10,734 bases of DNA from Azolla caroliniana (GCA_043228905.1 JBHGNT010001237.1:1-10734); one strand, 5' to 3'. Shown: positions 1 through 9,525, numbered from the stretch's first letter. The notes: generated by a model not told the origin, from the letters alone. Translations and numbers: made by a program.

Positions 1-328
1 AGAGTGAGTGAGAGAGACAAGGAGTAAGACACAAAGAGTACGCAAGATAAAAGTATACATATTAACAAAGGAGAAAGACTCGACTACAATACAAGGTGGG
101 AGGAGGGTGCTTTATATAGTCACCCTCTCACTTCATTAACTACAAGACTCATGGAGCATGGGGAATGTGAAAGCTCATAAGTTATGTGTCATAAAATATG
201 ATTCTATGACTCACACTAAATGCTAGAATACAAAGTGGTGACATAATGGTGACTCTTGACCGTTGGAGTGTCTATTCACTCTCAAGGTGAGTTCACACAC
301 TAGACTAAGATGAGCTTGATTCTCAACA
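1..328 (-). mobile_element. Partial LTR related to, but diverged from, the 1430-1788 LTR
   Basis: Terminus TGAGCTTGATTCTCAACA (311-328) matches TGAGTTTGATTCTCAACA (1771-1788) at 17/18. Collinear blocks are shared (ATATTAACAA..GGAGA, CTCTCACT, TTCTATGAC, GTTCACACACT, GA tract). Minus-strand TATA box CTATATAAA at 111-119. Confidence 0.75.
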
Positions 329-568
329 TATAGTTAGTGTCAATCGCACGTAGGAATATTGAAGTACTTGTCAGTACTTTATGGACTTGTATAAATAGTG
401 TTGTTTAGCACATTGTATGAACACAGAGTTTTCAGAGTGTTATTTTGAATTGACTTTATGTTCTGCTCTCTCTCTCTCTCCCACACGTATTCTCTGTGTA
501 TTAAGCTTCTCCATTAAACCTTCATCTTATTCTCTGTTGCTATCTGGTTGAGCTAGTTCTGTCTAACA
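329..568 (+). mobile_element. Probable 3' part of an unrelated LTR in + orientation
   Basis: TATAAATA at 390-397, CT tract at 466-480, T-rich U5-like sequence, and an end TCTGTCTAACA close to where gag similarity fades. No PBS follows. The left end is not visible. Confidence 0.5.
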
Positions 569-1266
569 CTTCCACACGTTAACATCTACAAGAAGTTATG
601 TTCTCCTTGGTCGAATCAACCTCTTCTTCCATGACCTTGTCCTCTTCCTCCATCAAAGTTCGAATAGAGCACTTGTCCTTCTTGCGCATTGCTTCTTGTT
701 CGAACATGATTCTCCTCAACCAGTAACATCGACTAGAGATCGAAGGAGGGAGAATTCTCCCTTGCGAGGACTGCCGACCGAATGGCTCCGAACTGAGGTG
801 TTAAGCCTCCGAGGAAAATGTGCACCATTTCATCGTTGTCAATGCTAACATTAATCGACCTGAGGGCATCGCACAACTCCTTGATCTTCAAGGTGTAGCT
901 GCCAATTGACATACATGTCCCTCTGTTGTATATCGTTCAACTCTTGATGGAGTTGAAGCTTTCTTGCGATCGTGTTGGCTGCGAAAATCTTCTTGAGGTT
1001 CCCCCACGCCTCCTTTGGCGTTTTGGCCTCTCGGATGTAGCCAAGCATGTGATAATGGACGCATGATGCAAGGCAGTACAATACAACACATGACTCGCTG
1101 GTTGCTCCCAAGTTGGGTAGTCGACATGTGCTGGGTTGGGTTGATTTTCGTTTGCTCCTTCCACATAAGTCCAATAGCCTTGGCCGACAAGGTATTGGTG
1201 CATCTTGTACTCCCAAGATGCAAAGTTGTTTTTGTCGAGCTTCTTGGTAAGAAGAGCACTTCCCAT
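569..1266 (-). pseudogene. gag: Degenerate copia gag (UBN2/retrotran_gag-like), truncated before the zinc knuckle and pol
   Basis: Reconstructed protein: MGSALLTKKLDKNNFASWEYKMHQYLVGQGYW... / YCLASCV...AKTPKEAWGNLKKIFA...RKLQLHQELNDIQQRD / MSIGSYTLKIKELCDALRSINVSIDNDEMVHIFLGGL...FDL*SMLLVEE...GGRGQGHGRRG*. Frameshifts at 1077-1086 and 909-916; stops at 733-735 and 616-618. Confidence 0.88.
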
Positions 1267-1286
1267 TGTAGTGTTCATTGTCGAAT

Positions 1287-1307
1287 TTCTTCTTCTTCTT
1301 CTTCTTC
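1287..1307. repeat. (TTC)7 microsatellite in the retroelement leader
   Basis: Read directly; it explains the poly-Arg and poly-Ser runs in the overlapping ORFs. Confidence 0.95.
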
Positions 1308-1417
1308 TTTGATACGAACTGTGTAGATTGCTGCTACAACGATCATCCGGTTCTTTCCAAACGCGAGCTTGGGCACAACACACGTAAAGGCGATGGACTT
1401 GGATCAAGCTACCACGT

Positions 1418-1429
1418 GCTCTAATACCA
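1418..1429 (-). promoter_or_regulatory. Primer-binding site for initiator tRNA-Met
   Basis: Minus strand TGGTATTAGAGC abutting the LTR-terminal CA; 11/12 match to the plant copia consensus TGGTATCAGAGC. Confidence 0.88.
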
Positions 1430-1476
1430 TGTACAGAATCAAATGGATTCTATGCAACAAAATAATTGTGTGTGTG

Positions 1477-1517
<41 letters not shown>

Positions 1518-1788
1518 CAAAAAACTATATTAACAAGGAGACAAGAATGACCAACAAAAAAATTACAAAGAGAAGGAGAATGTGGTTATGCATTCACCTT
1601 CTCTCTAAGTTCTCTCACTAGTACAACCTCTTGGGAAAGAGGTCGCGTCTTAACTACTTAAAGAATACGTATCATATAACACTAACTTCTATGACACACT
1701 AGTTACTATACAAGGAGTGGGGTGTTCACACACTTGAGTATCCTAGAGTGTGTTCTCACACACGGGAAGTTGAGTTTGATTCTCAACA
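1430..1788 (-). mobile_element. 5' LTR (359 bp) of a Ty1/copia retrotransposon
   Basis: On the minus strand it starts TGTTGAGAATCAAA and ends TTTGATTCTGTACA (TG...CA, 12/14 inverted termini). It is followed directly by a PBS and then gag. Confidence 0.85.
1467..1514. repeat. Compound microsatellite (TG)5 TATA (GA)17 inside the LTR
   Basis: Read directly; the GA run spans 1481-1514. Confidence 0.97.
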
Positions 1789-2199
1789 CTCGTTTTATTT
1801 TCTTAATGCTAATTTAGATTCTTACAATGGTGAGCTACAAATCCTAGGCATATGGAGCAGGATTCTACTTAACTTTCGCAGCCACAAAGGTCAAGAAACC
1901 AACAAGTGCCACATGATTGTCTATTAGGGTGCCCTTTTCTCCAAGTTAGTCGGTTAGTTATGTATTTCGGAAATGATAGAAGTAAAGTTAATGGTTCACT
2001 AATGACAGAGCAAAGTTTGTGACTTATTGATGACACAATTAAAATTTAAGACAGAACGACAAATTAACTACCCAAGTAAGGTTGATGATGAAAAAACATT
2101 AGTTACACAATAATCATAAGGGTAAGAGTAAGGACACACTATCTAACCAAGTAACACTAATCACATACTAATCATATAATTAAGAGAGGATTATGATTG

Positions 2200-2525
2200 A
2201 TTTGAGGGGGAGAGAGAGAGAGATGGATGGTTGTGGTTGCCTTTGCATGTGCTCCGGATGAGGAGGAGCCATGGCATGGATAGCAGAGAAGAGGGTCTGA
2301 AGAACATAGTGAATGGAAAATCAGAGCTGGGGGAATTGGGTAAACAGAAAAAACAGAGCAAAAAAAGGTACTAGAACGAGAAACAGAGCAGTAAAAGGAA
2401 GCAAACAAATAGATGCCAGAGGAAAGAACAGGACAAACTAGATATAGGTATATATCAGAGAAAAGAACAAGTGAAAACAAGATAGATATAAGAGATAAAT
2501 CAGAGTAGAAGTAGAAGAAGAAGCT
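2200..2525 (+). promoter_or_regulatory. Purine-rich putative core promoter / 5' leader of ISA1 with a GA repeat
   Basis: GA tract at about 2210-2223 and a strong A/G skew up to the ATG. The transcription start cannot be located from sequence. Confidence 0.4.
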
Positions 2526-2888
2526 ATGGAAGCTTCTTTCTTGTCACCTTCAGCTTCTCTGCTTGGTATATCATCAAACAGAGCATTTGATACATGGAAA
2601 CATCAGAAACCTTCCATGTCTATGTATGAGTTATCTTTTATTCATATTCATGGAAAGACAAGAATCCGTAGAAGAAGAAAAGAAGGAGCTGTGTTTTGCG
2701 AGAACACTCTAGAGGTGGAGGAAAAGACAGTAGAGAGAGAGGGATATGGTTTGTTCAAGAAACAATCCCGAGGATCACCTTTCCCGTTTGGAGCGACATT
2801 CAAAGAGAATGGGGTGAACTTTGCAATTCATTCAAGTGCTGCCACTTCGGTCTCATTGTGTCTCTTCACTCCATCGGACTTGCAACTG
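2526..2888 (+). CDS. ISA1: ISA1 exon 1: putative plastid transit peptide and start of CBM48
   Basis: ATG at 2526. Ser-rich N-terminus, then GSPFPFGATFKENGVNFAIHSSAATSVSLCLF. Donor CTG|GTACTT, phase 0. The start codon is inferred. Confidence 0.85.
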
Positions 2889-3336
2889 GTACTTCCTCCA
2901 TAACTCTTTCTTCTACTTTGAGCCTATGTATTTACCTGTGCATCGATGATGATGCTTTACCTATGTATGCATTAGCATTGCATTGATCATACTATGTGAC
3001 TTATGGGTCAAATTAATTAGTCTGTATAGCAATTTGCTTAAATGTACAATCTTTATGCATCCGATGAGAGGACACAGATTTAAGCATCAATCTTGGATTA
3101 AAGCTAGAAATGGGCCCAATAAGTAATTCATGAATTAACTGTGCTCTGGAGTATGGGGTTATGTTAATGGCATTCTGTGAACTATGCAGTAAGTGCTCCT
3201 AATAATTAAGTTCATAATCAGGATTGATTTTTATTGCACTTGGGGATGCTAATCTCTAAGATACTAAACCAAGAAGCTTACCAACAAAGTGCAATATTGT
3301 TGCAACTTATGCCTTCTTATCTTTCGTCATATACAG

Positions 3337-3519
3337 GGCCAAGTTGCGGCAGAGATACTGCTACATCCACAAATGAACAAAACTGGGGATGTATGGCATA
3401 TTCATCTATCTAACACTGTAGATGGTTTGCTCTATGGATACAAAATAGATGGACCGTTTCTACCTCAAAGTGGCCATAGATACAATCTGAATTGTGTCTT
3501 GATTGATCCTTATGCTAAG
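3337..3519 (+). CDS. ISA1: ISA1 exon 2 (CBM48)
   Basis: tacag|GGC CAA GTT; encodes NKTGDVWHI...LYGYKIDG...LIDPYAK; donor AAG|GTATTG. Confidence 0.93.
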
Positions 3520-3613
3520 GTATTGGAAGATTTTGTTCATATTTGTATGAATCCTGATCTCCGTTTGGCATATCATACAGTATCTTATTGCCATATCTTT
3601 TTATGCAAGCAAG

Positions 3614-3703
3614 GCTGTTATAAGCAGGGAAACTTTTGGTGTCCCAAGCTCTAATGGCAATTGCTGGCCACAAATGGGTGGCATGATTCCACGTGAAATC
3701 GAG
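3614..3703 (+). CDS. ISA1: ISA1 exon 3
   Basis: gcaag|GCT; 30 codons AVISRETFGVPSSNGNCWPQMGGMIPREIE; donor GAG|GTATTT. Not present in the ORF track in this frame. Confidence 0.88.
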
Positions 3704-4469
3704 GTATTTCACTTTCTAGCATAATCAATCAGTTTTATAAAATCTCATTGCACTTCTACCATCTTTTGGGTTCTGTTTATGTCTAGTAGATGCCAAAGTA
3801 AGGGAAGTATGGATGTCAATTTCTTACTCAAAGATACATTATTTTGTTAGATTATTTAAGAGTGATTTAGAGAGAAGAAAAGTGTTGCAAACAGACCCAA
3901 GTGATCTTATACACTCATAGATAGTGGAAGAAATGGATTAAAGCGGTGAGATGTGGAACAACAGGGTTCAGATTAAAGCTTTCTCTGGTATTTCCTGGTA
4001 TGCAGACGAAAATGTTTTGTATCCAGATACAGTTAGGAACTTCAACACTGACATTGAGCTCCATCTTTGTTTTTTTCGAGTCGGAAAGAACTTAAAACGT
4101 AGTGGCCACACATTTAACAGAAACATTCTAAAAGAAAAAGCTCACCATGTTGTTATATCATGATACTACTGCACATGATCCACGAGAAGAGCATGTTAAA
4201 ATCTTGATTCTTACTCCTCCCAAATCACTATCAGAGGATGGCTAAGGCCTCCCTTATATACATAGATCACCTAGTGCATAGTGGAAACTTGTCTGCCACT
4301 TGGTGGAAGCCTATGCATGCTCTTGATTTATACTCTAACCCTTCATTAATCCAACTGAACCCCATCACAAATGTGCATTTATACAAGTGTACATGTACGA
4401 TGAACTACCACATCATACACATTATGATTACTCTGCCTATCAGCGTTTTTACCTGCCGAAGTCCTCAAC

Positions 4470-4619
4470 CTCTTGTATGCAAGAAAGTAGTGGCTCAATA
4501 TTCTTATTAAATTCTATTTCTTCAACCTAAAATGCATGTGAAAGCTCTTGTATGTAAGAAAGCAGTGGCTCAATGTTCTTATTAAATTCTATTTCTTCAA
4601 CCTAAAATGCATGTGAAAG
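4470..4619. repeat. Tandem duplication, 2 x 75 bp, intron 3
   Basis: 4470-4544 versus 4545-4619; 3 mismatches, all transitions. Confidence 0.96.
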
Positions 4620-5059
4620 CTTTTGAGGAATGTGAGAAATGGTTGACCTTAATGCCCAAACATGTACGTATATCTTTTTACTTGGCAAGTAGTTAATTTG
4701 ATTCCGGAAAAAACATCTTGTTGATGCAACAATAATATCACGATATAGCATTTTAACTAGACAAATTTATCTTGTCAAAAAGGGTCTCCTGTATAGTGGC
4801 ATAAGGACTGCAAGGGGAAGCTATATCTGCTTCTGAAAGGATTCAGTTTATTTTCTTTGAGCACAAATATACTAAGAGAAAGTTTGAGATTAACAAGAGC
4901 TAGCTTGTCATTACTGGTTATAGGCACAAAAGAAAAGTGAGAATGTCTGTATGAAGGTTTATGATATCTACACTCATTGCAAAACCTCTCGATTACCATA
5001 TTATCAAAAATAGTGCCTGACCAAGTATCACAACTGTCTTCAGATACCATGGCTGATAG

Positions 5060-5445
5060 TAGCAATCGGCAACGGTTCGGTTTGAACCGAACCGAACCGA
5101 ACCATGAAATGCGGCTTAACGGTTTCAACGGTTTGGTTTCAATAGTCAGAAACTGCAGTTTAAATGGTTTACCAGTTTTTTATTTTTTAAAATTTTTAAA
5201 ATTTTTTACAAAATTGTTTTTAAACAATCTTTTCATTTTTAGACCTTATTATCACATTTTAGGAACATCTTAAAAATTTTAAAATTTTAAAATATGAAAT
5301 ATTATAAATTTTAAAATTTGACCTATGTTGAAAACCGAAACCGAACCGCGAAACCGCGGTTTTACGGTTTAAAAAAGTTTAACGGTTTTGTGGTTCGGTT
5401 CGGTTTGGACCCTCTCAAACCGAACTGAACCGTTGCCGATTGTTA
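5060..5445. mobile_element. Non-autonomous hAT-type DNA transposon (MITE-like), 386 bp, in ISA1 intron 3
   Basis: Perfect 8-bp TSD GCTGATAG (5052-5059 and 5446-5453). 19-bp TIR TAGCAATCGGCAACGGTTC / GAACCGTTGCCGATTGTTA (18/19). About 18 subterminal AACCG/CGGTT pentamers around an A/T-rich core. Confidence 0.93.
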
Positions 5446-5767
5446 GCTGATAGGTTTAATAGCCTAGTTAATTAAGCTTTGCATATTATTATGTGCTTAT
5501 GATGATGAGTAATTTTACTGCTGCAGTTGGACAGGAGTATTGCTTTCATGATTTGTTCTGGGCTAGTTTTTTCTTCATAGTGTTTCAAATTAATGCATAT
5601 GAGCATCTAGGACCTGTAAGTCATAAATCTAGCAGTCTCATCAGAGGATTTCTAGTATGAGTACTTTATTTTAGAAATTTGTACTATTTCATTTTTTAAT
5701 CTGGGTATTTATAACTACCTACCCCTTTTCTTGCCTCATTGCTCTTTTGTTTTCGTTTTTGATGTAG

Positions 5768-5923
5768 ACTTTCGATTGGGAAGGAGATGTACCTCCTGGT
5801 ATCCAGCAGAAAGATCTCATAATTTACGAACTTCATGTTCGTGGGTTTACGCGTCACAAGTCTAGCAATGTTCAACACCCAGGAACGTACTCTGGATTAA
5901 TAGAAAAACTAAAATACATCAAG
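5768..5923 (+). CDS. ISA1: ISA1 exon 4
   Basis: tgtag|ACT; TFDWEGDVPPGIQQKDLIIYELHVRGFTRHKSSNVQHPGTYSGLIEKLKYIK; donor AAG|GTTTTC. Confidence 0.93.
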
Positions 5924-6009
5924 GTTTTCTCAAAATTATATATTTTGTTTTGTTGACCTAAACAATGAGTTTCAATTCTGATGTTCTTACCTGGAATGTT
6001 TCTTGGCAG

Positions 6010-6101
6010 GAACTGGGAATTAATGCGATTGAGTTGATGCCATGTCATGAGTTTAATGAGCTTGAATACTACTCATACAATTCCATAATGGGTGATTACA
6101 A
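6010..6101 (+). CDS. ISA1: ISA1 exon 5
   Basis: ggcag|GAA; ELGINAIELMPCHEFNELEYYSYNSIMGDY(K); donor AA|GTAAAG, phase 2. Confidence 0.94.
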
Positions 6102-6183
6102 GTAAAGTTTTAAAACCTTCGTTTCTTGTTTCTGAAGCATGATAACTTCTGTGTACATGCTAATGAGAGAATACCATTTGCAG

Positions 6184-6325
6184 AATGAACTTCTGGGGTT
6201 ACTCATCTGTAAATTTCTTTTCGCCCATGATACGTTATGCAGCAGCTGGACACAATGATTGTGGTTTAAAGGCTATCAATGAATTCAAATTACTTGTTCG
6301 AGAAGCTCATAAGCTCAAAATAGAG
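6184..6325 (+). CDS. ISA1: ISA1 exon 6
   Basis: tgcag|A completes Lys; MNFWGYSSVNFFSPMIRYA...EFKLLVREAHKLKIE; donor GAG|GTACAA. Confidence 0.94.
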
Positions 6326-7442
6326 GTACAAATGTTTGCCAGTTTTGCATGGTTAGGAATCAGCGTTAACATTGTGATAATAACCTTTTACAGTCTTTCG
6401 CTATCAATCAGTGGGTCTATTTCAGTTCAGAAATTGCATCGGAAGGCATCTGTGCAATTGTTATTTTTACTTCTTCAGATGTGTCACTGATGCATCTAAT
6501 TATAGTTGCATCACCCAAAAATGATATATTCCAAATTAATAGCATGCCATTAGATGCAAATGTCTCATTCCTAGATGTTTTCTTTTGACAAATTTAAGCA
6601 GGTGCTCAGTCCTTGATGAATTCTGATAGCATAGTCATATAATGGTATTCACCAAACATGTTTTGAGCACATGTTTAGTATCATCGAAATCCTATAGTTT
6701 TGATTTAAGGTAGTACACATTTATTATGGTGAACTTAGCCATGACATTTATCAAGCATGTGTTAAGCTCAATATCTTCAGTAAAATATGAAAATTCTATT
6801 GTTTTTGGTTGAACAGTCTCCAGAGTCAGTCTCACTTTATAGCTAGAGTGTCTTTTGTAAAGTTTCCGTCATCCTCAAATTCCCTACTCTCATGCTTTTA
6901 ATCTAAAGACATGTTATTAGGATCAGCAACAACCTTAAGAGTCATTGCTTTGAAGCGCACACATAGCTTCCACCTTTAAACAAAACCAATTAGAAAAGCC
7001 ACAGATCTAAAGCTTGGAGTCCCTGCTGGTACTTCCTTTTATATGATTAATGAAAAGTAGAATCTCCAACAGATAATAAACATTTGTTCTGAGAAACAGC
7101 AAATTGGAGATTCTTATGCATGGAGATTAGGTAGGAAGATGCTGTTTTCCAGCAAAAGCCCTACTTCCGGAAACCGTAATCTACAAAAATCCTAATTTCA
7201 GATCAGTGAAAACCTTAATTCAGCAAATACCAGATCAGGAACTCTAATCTATGCTGAAATACAAGAAGTCTGGAGAATAAGAAATTGGGCAGGAGTTTTT
7301 CTTTTGTAACTTTTCATTTTGTGTTTTTTTTCCCCAAATGTTTTTCCTTTTTGTTAGTGGAATTTTGGTGAGAAAAGTAATTATAGCTGAGTAATATTCT
7401 TCCCTCATGCTAGAATGAAACTTGTGCTATGTATTATGTCAG

Positions 7443-7550
7443 GTGTTTATGGATGTTGTATTTAACCATACCGCTGAAGGGAATGAAATGGGGCCAACAT
7501 TGTCCTTCAGAGGTCTTGATAATTCAGTGTTCTACATGATTGCCCCGCAG
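7443..7550 (+). CDS. ISA1: ISA1 exon 7 (GH13 conserved region I)
   Basis: gtcag|GTG; VFMDVVFNHTAEGNEMGPTLSFRGLDNSVFYMIAPQ; donor CAG|GTAATA. Confidence 0.95.
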
Positions 7551-8161
7551 GTAATAAAATGGTATATAAAACTTTGTCCGTGATTTCATTGGAATTGAAT
7601 GAAGTGAAATTTCATTGTGCCATTTATCTTATTGCCACAACTGAGTTGTCCTTATTTACATTAAACTCCACATTTCTATGCTGCATTGCACTTCGTTTTG
7701 TATTTACAATAGACCCTACATTACTACGATACATTGCACCTAATGATATTCACATATCCTAAAAATTGATGAATGCTATGTGAATGCTTTCCTCTTCATG
7801 ATATGATAATTTGTGCTCAATAAAAGGAACATTGGTTTGTGATTAAGCGATCATAGTGTGATCATACTTTGTAGAATAAGATTAGGCTTGTCATGTTTAA
7901 TACTTGTAGACCTTTGTTTCTAATAAGTTATTTTGGCCTTGCTAGCTGAAATAAAAACAGAAGTTCGTATGTAAAGGAATTTGCAGTTCTATAAAATCAA
8001 GGATTATTTTGTAAAGAAAAACACAACTTTTGGTGGTTTCTTATTTTCTCATGAAAAATGTTGTGTATTGAATGAAGCTCAAATTAAGGATAAAATTGGT
8101 CATAAGGAATTTGTTCTCATACTATATTAATAGCTACAAAACACAATTTGTTGTATATCAT

Positions 8162-8199
8162 AAACTAATACATAGTTCTGAAACTAATACATAGTTCTG
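8162..8199. repeat. Perfect tandem duplication, 2 x 19 bp (AAACTAATACATAGTTCTG), end of intron 7
   Basis: 8162-8180 is identical to 8181-8199. Confidence 0.97.
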
Positions 8200-8210
8200 G
8201 CTTCTTCCAG

Positions 8211-8296
8211 GGTGAATTTTATAATTACTCTGGCTGTGGCAACACTTTAAATTGCAACAATCCTATAGTTCGCCGATTCATTGTGGATTGTTTAAG
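8211..8296 (+). CDS. ISA1: ISA1 exon 8
   Basis: tccag|GGT; GEFYNYSGCGNTLNCNNPIVRRFIVDCL(R); donor AG|GTGTGT, phase 2. Confidence 0.95.
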
Positions 8297-9289
8297 GTGT
8301 GTATAAATGCTTGTTAAACTATTCTGAAGTATCTTTTATTCCTAAAATGTATTCAATATTCTATGATACCCTATTGTCATAGAACTCTGCACGTTGTTTT
8401 ACTTTGGAAGGTAGATGGGGGCTGATTTTGGGTGACTGGGTCATTTAGATTATCAGGTTTTTTTTGTTCCCAAAAGTACATGGAGGATAGCTATATAATC
8501 TCTGTAAAAAGAATTCCAATATTACAGCTTTTTAAAAACTTCAAACTACTCTTACGAAATTCAATTGGAAAGGAGTTTTGATAGATACAGTTAAATTTTC
8601 AGCATCAATCATATCAATCATTCGATTGCTTATCCCTAGAATATATAAGGGTGCGTTGGAGGAATCTGAACATGATTTGGAGGGAATTGTAGCAGTTCTA
8701 AAGGGTTTCTTTATCTGCTAATCAAACATTCACTATCAATTCTTGGTTTCATTATTCTCTTGATTTCAATATTTTTTATTATAATGGAGATCAACGTGTT
8801 TGTGTTTTTCAAATGCTTCTTCATTTAGAGTTTTGAGCTCAATGTTTTCCTTATGCATTTGTAAGATTAAATTTTACTTTTATATCTTACAAATGAATCT
8901 GGATTTTATGCGGATTGAGTCTCGACAATAGATTATTAATTGAGTTCTGATTGTCTTTGGAATCTGGGTTTTATCTGGATGATGGAGAGAAGGGTGAAGG
9001 GAAAATATCTAAAGTTGGTAGAGCTCATGACATGATGAGGCCATCATAGATAAAAAGTAACAAGTTTTTTGAAAGTTCTAAATACTAGATCTGTATGATG
9101 AAATACAAAACCCACAAAATTAAAGATTTTTATTCACATTTTAGTGAATCTCTTGACAAGCCAATCATAGATTCAGTCTTATTATTGTTTGACAGTTTTA
9201 ACGATGAAAGGAGACATTGATTGATAAACACATTTTATTGAATATTCTTTATTGAATTTCAAGAAAGGATTTGATTGTGTATTTTTCAG

Positions 9290-9361
9290 GTACTGGGTGA
9301 TAGAGATGCATGTTGATGGATTCCGTTTTGATTTGGCATCGATCCTTACTCGAGCTAGCAG
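9290..9361 (+). CDS. ISA1: ISA1 exon 9 (GH13 region II, nucleophile Asp codon 9330-9332)
   Basis: ttcag|G; [23 protein letters not shown]; donor AG|GTAATC, phase 2. Confidence 0.95.
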
Positions 9362-9525
9362 GTAATCCTTGTCGTTTAATGTTTTGAATGTGCCTAAGCA
9401 ATGATAGTAGAAAACCTGATATGAACATATGCATTCTTAACTTCCCATTTCCCTTTACTTCAAACCGATAATTCTTGTTCATAGCACATGCAAGCACAGT
9501 AATAGAGTTATTTCCTGTTGTTCAG

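Noticed and set aside
851-1407. Four overlapping ORFs as independent genes
   Set aside because: Two are pieces of one frameshifted gag; the others are off-frame or antisense shadows.
1-1788. A single internally deleted retrotransposon (TRIM-like) bounded by the two similar LTRs
   Set aside because: No polypurine tract next to 328, the LTRs share only short blocks, and 329-568 looks like a separate opposite-strand LTR. Disfavoured rather than excluded.
1790-2170. Possible decayed DNA-transposon sequence between the LTR and the leader
   Set aside because: No TIR pair or TSD identifiable by eye.
2172-2480. 102-aa Ser/Phe/Leu-rich minus-strand ORF as a divergent membrane protein gene
   Set aside because: Its composition follows from the purine skew of the + strand, it has a non-ATG start, and it has no recognisable motif.
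3951-4510. Intron 3 ORFs 3951-4163 and 4238-4510 as extra exons or nested genes
   Set aside because: Exon 3 joins exon 4 without a gap in the isoamylase sequence, and these peptides resemble nothing I recognise.
4775-5273. ORFs 4775-5128 (-) and 4977-5273 (+)
   Set aside because: Both straddle the hAT element boundary at 5060, so they are chance fusions with no transposase motifs.
7026-7037. CTGGTACTTCCT identical to the exon 1 donor region (2886-2897)
   Set aside because: A few shared 12-mers are expected by chance in 10.7 kb.
8630-8960. TATATAAG followed by T-rich sequence in intron 8, suggestive of an old LTR
   Set aside because: I could not find TG...CA termini, a TSD or a PBS.
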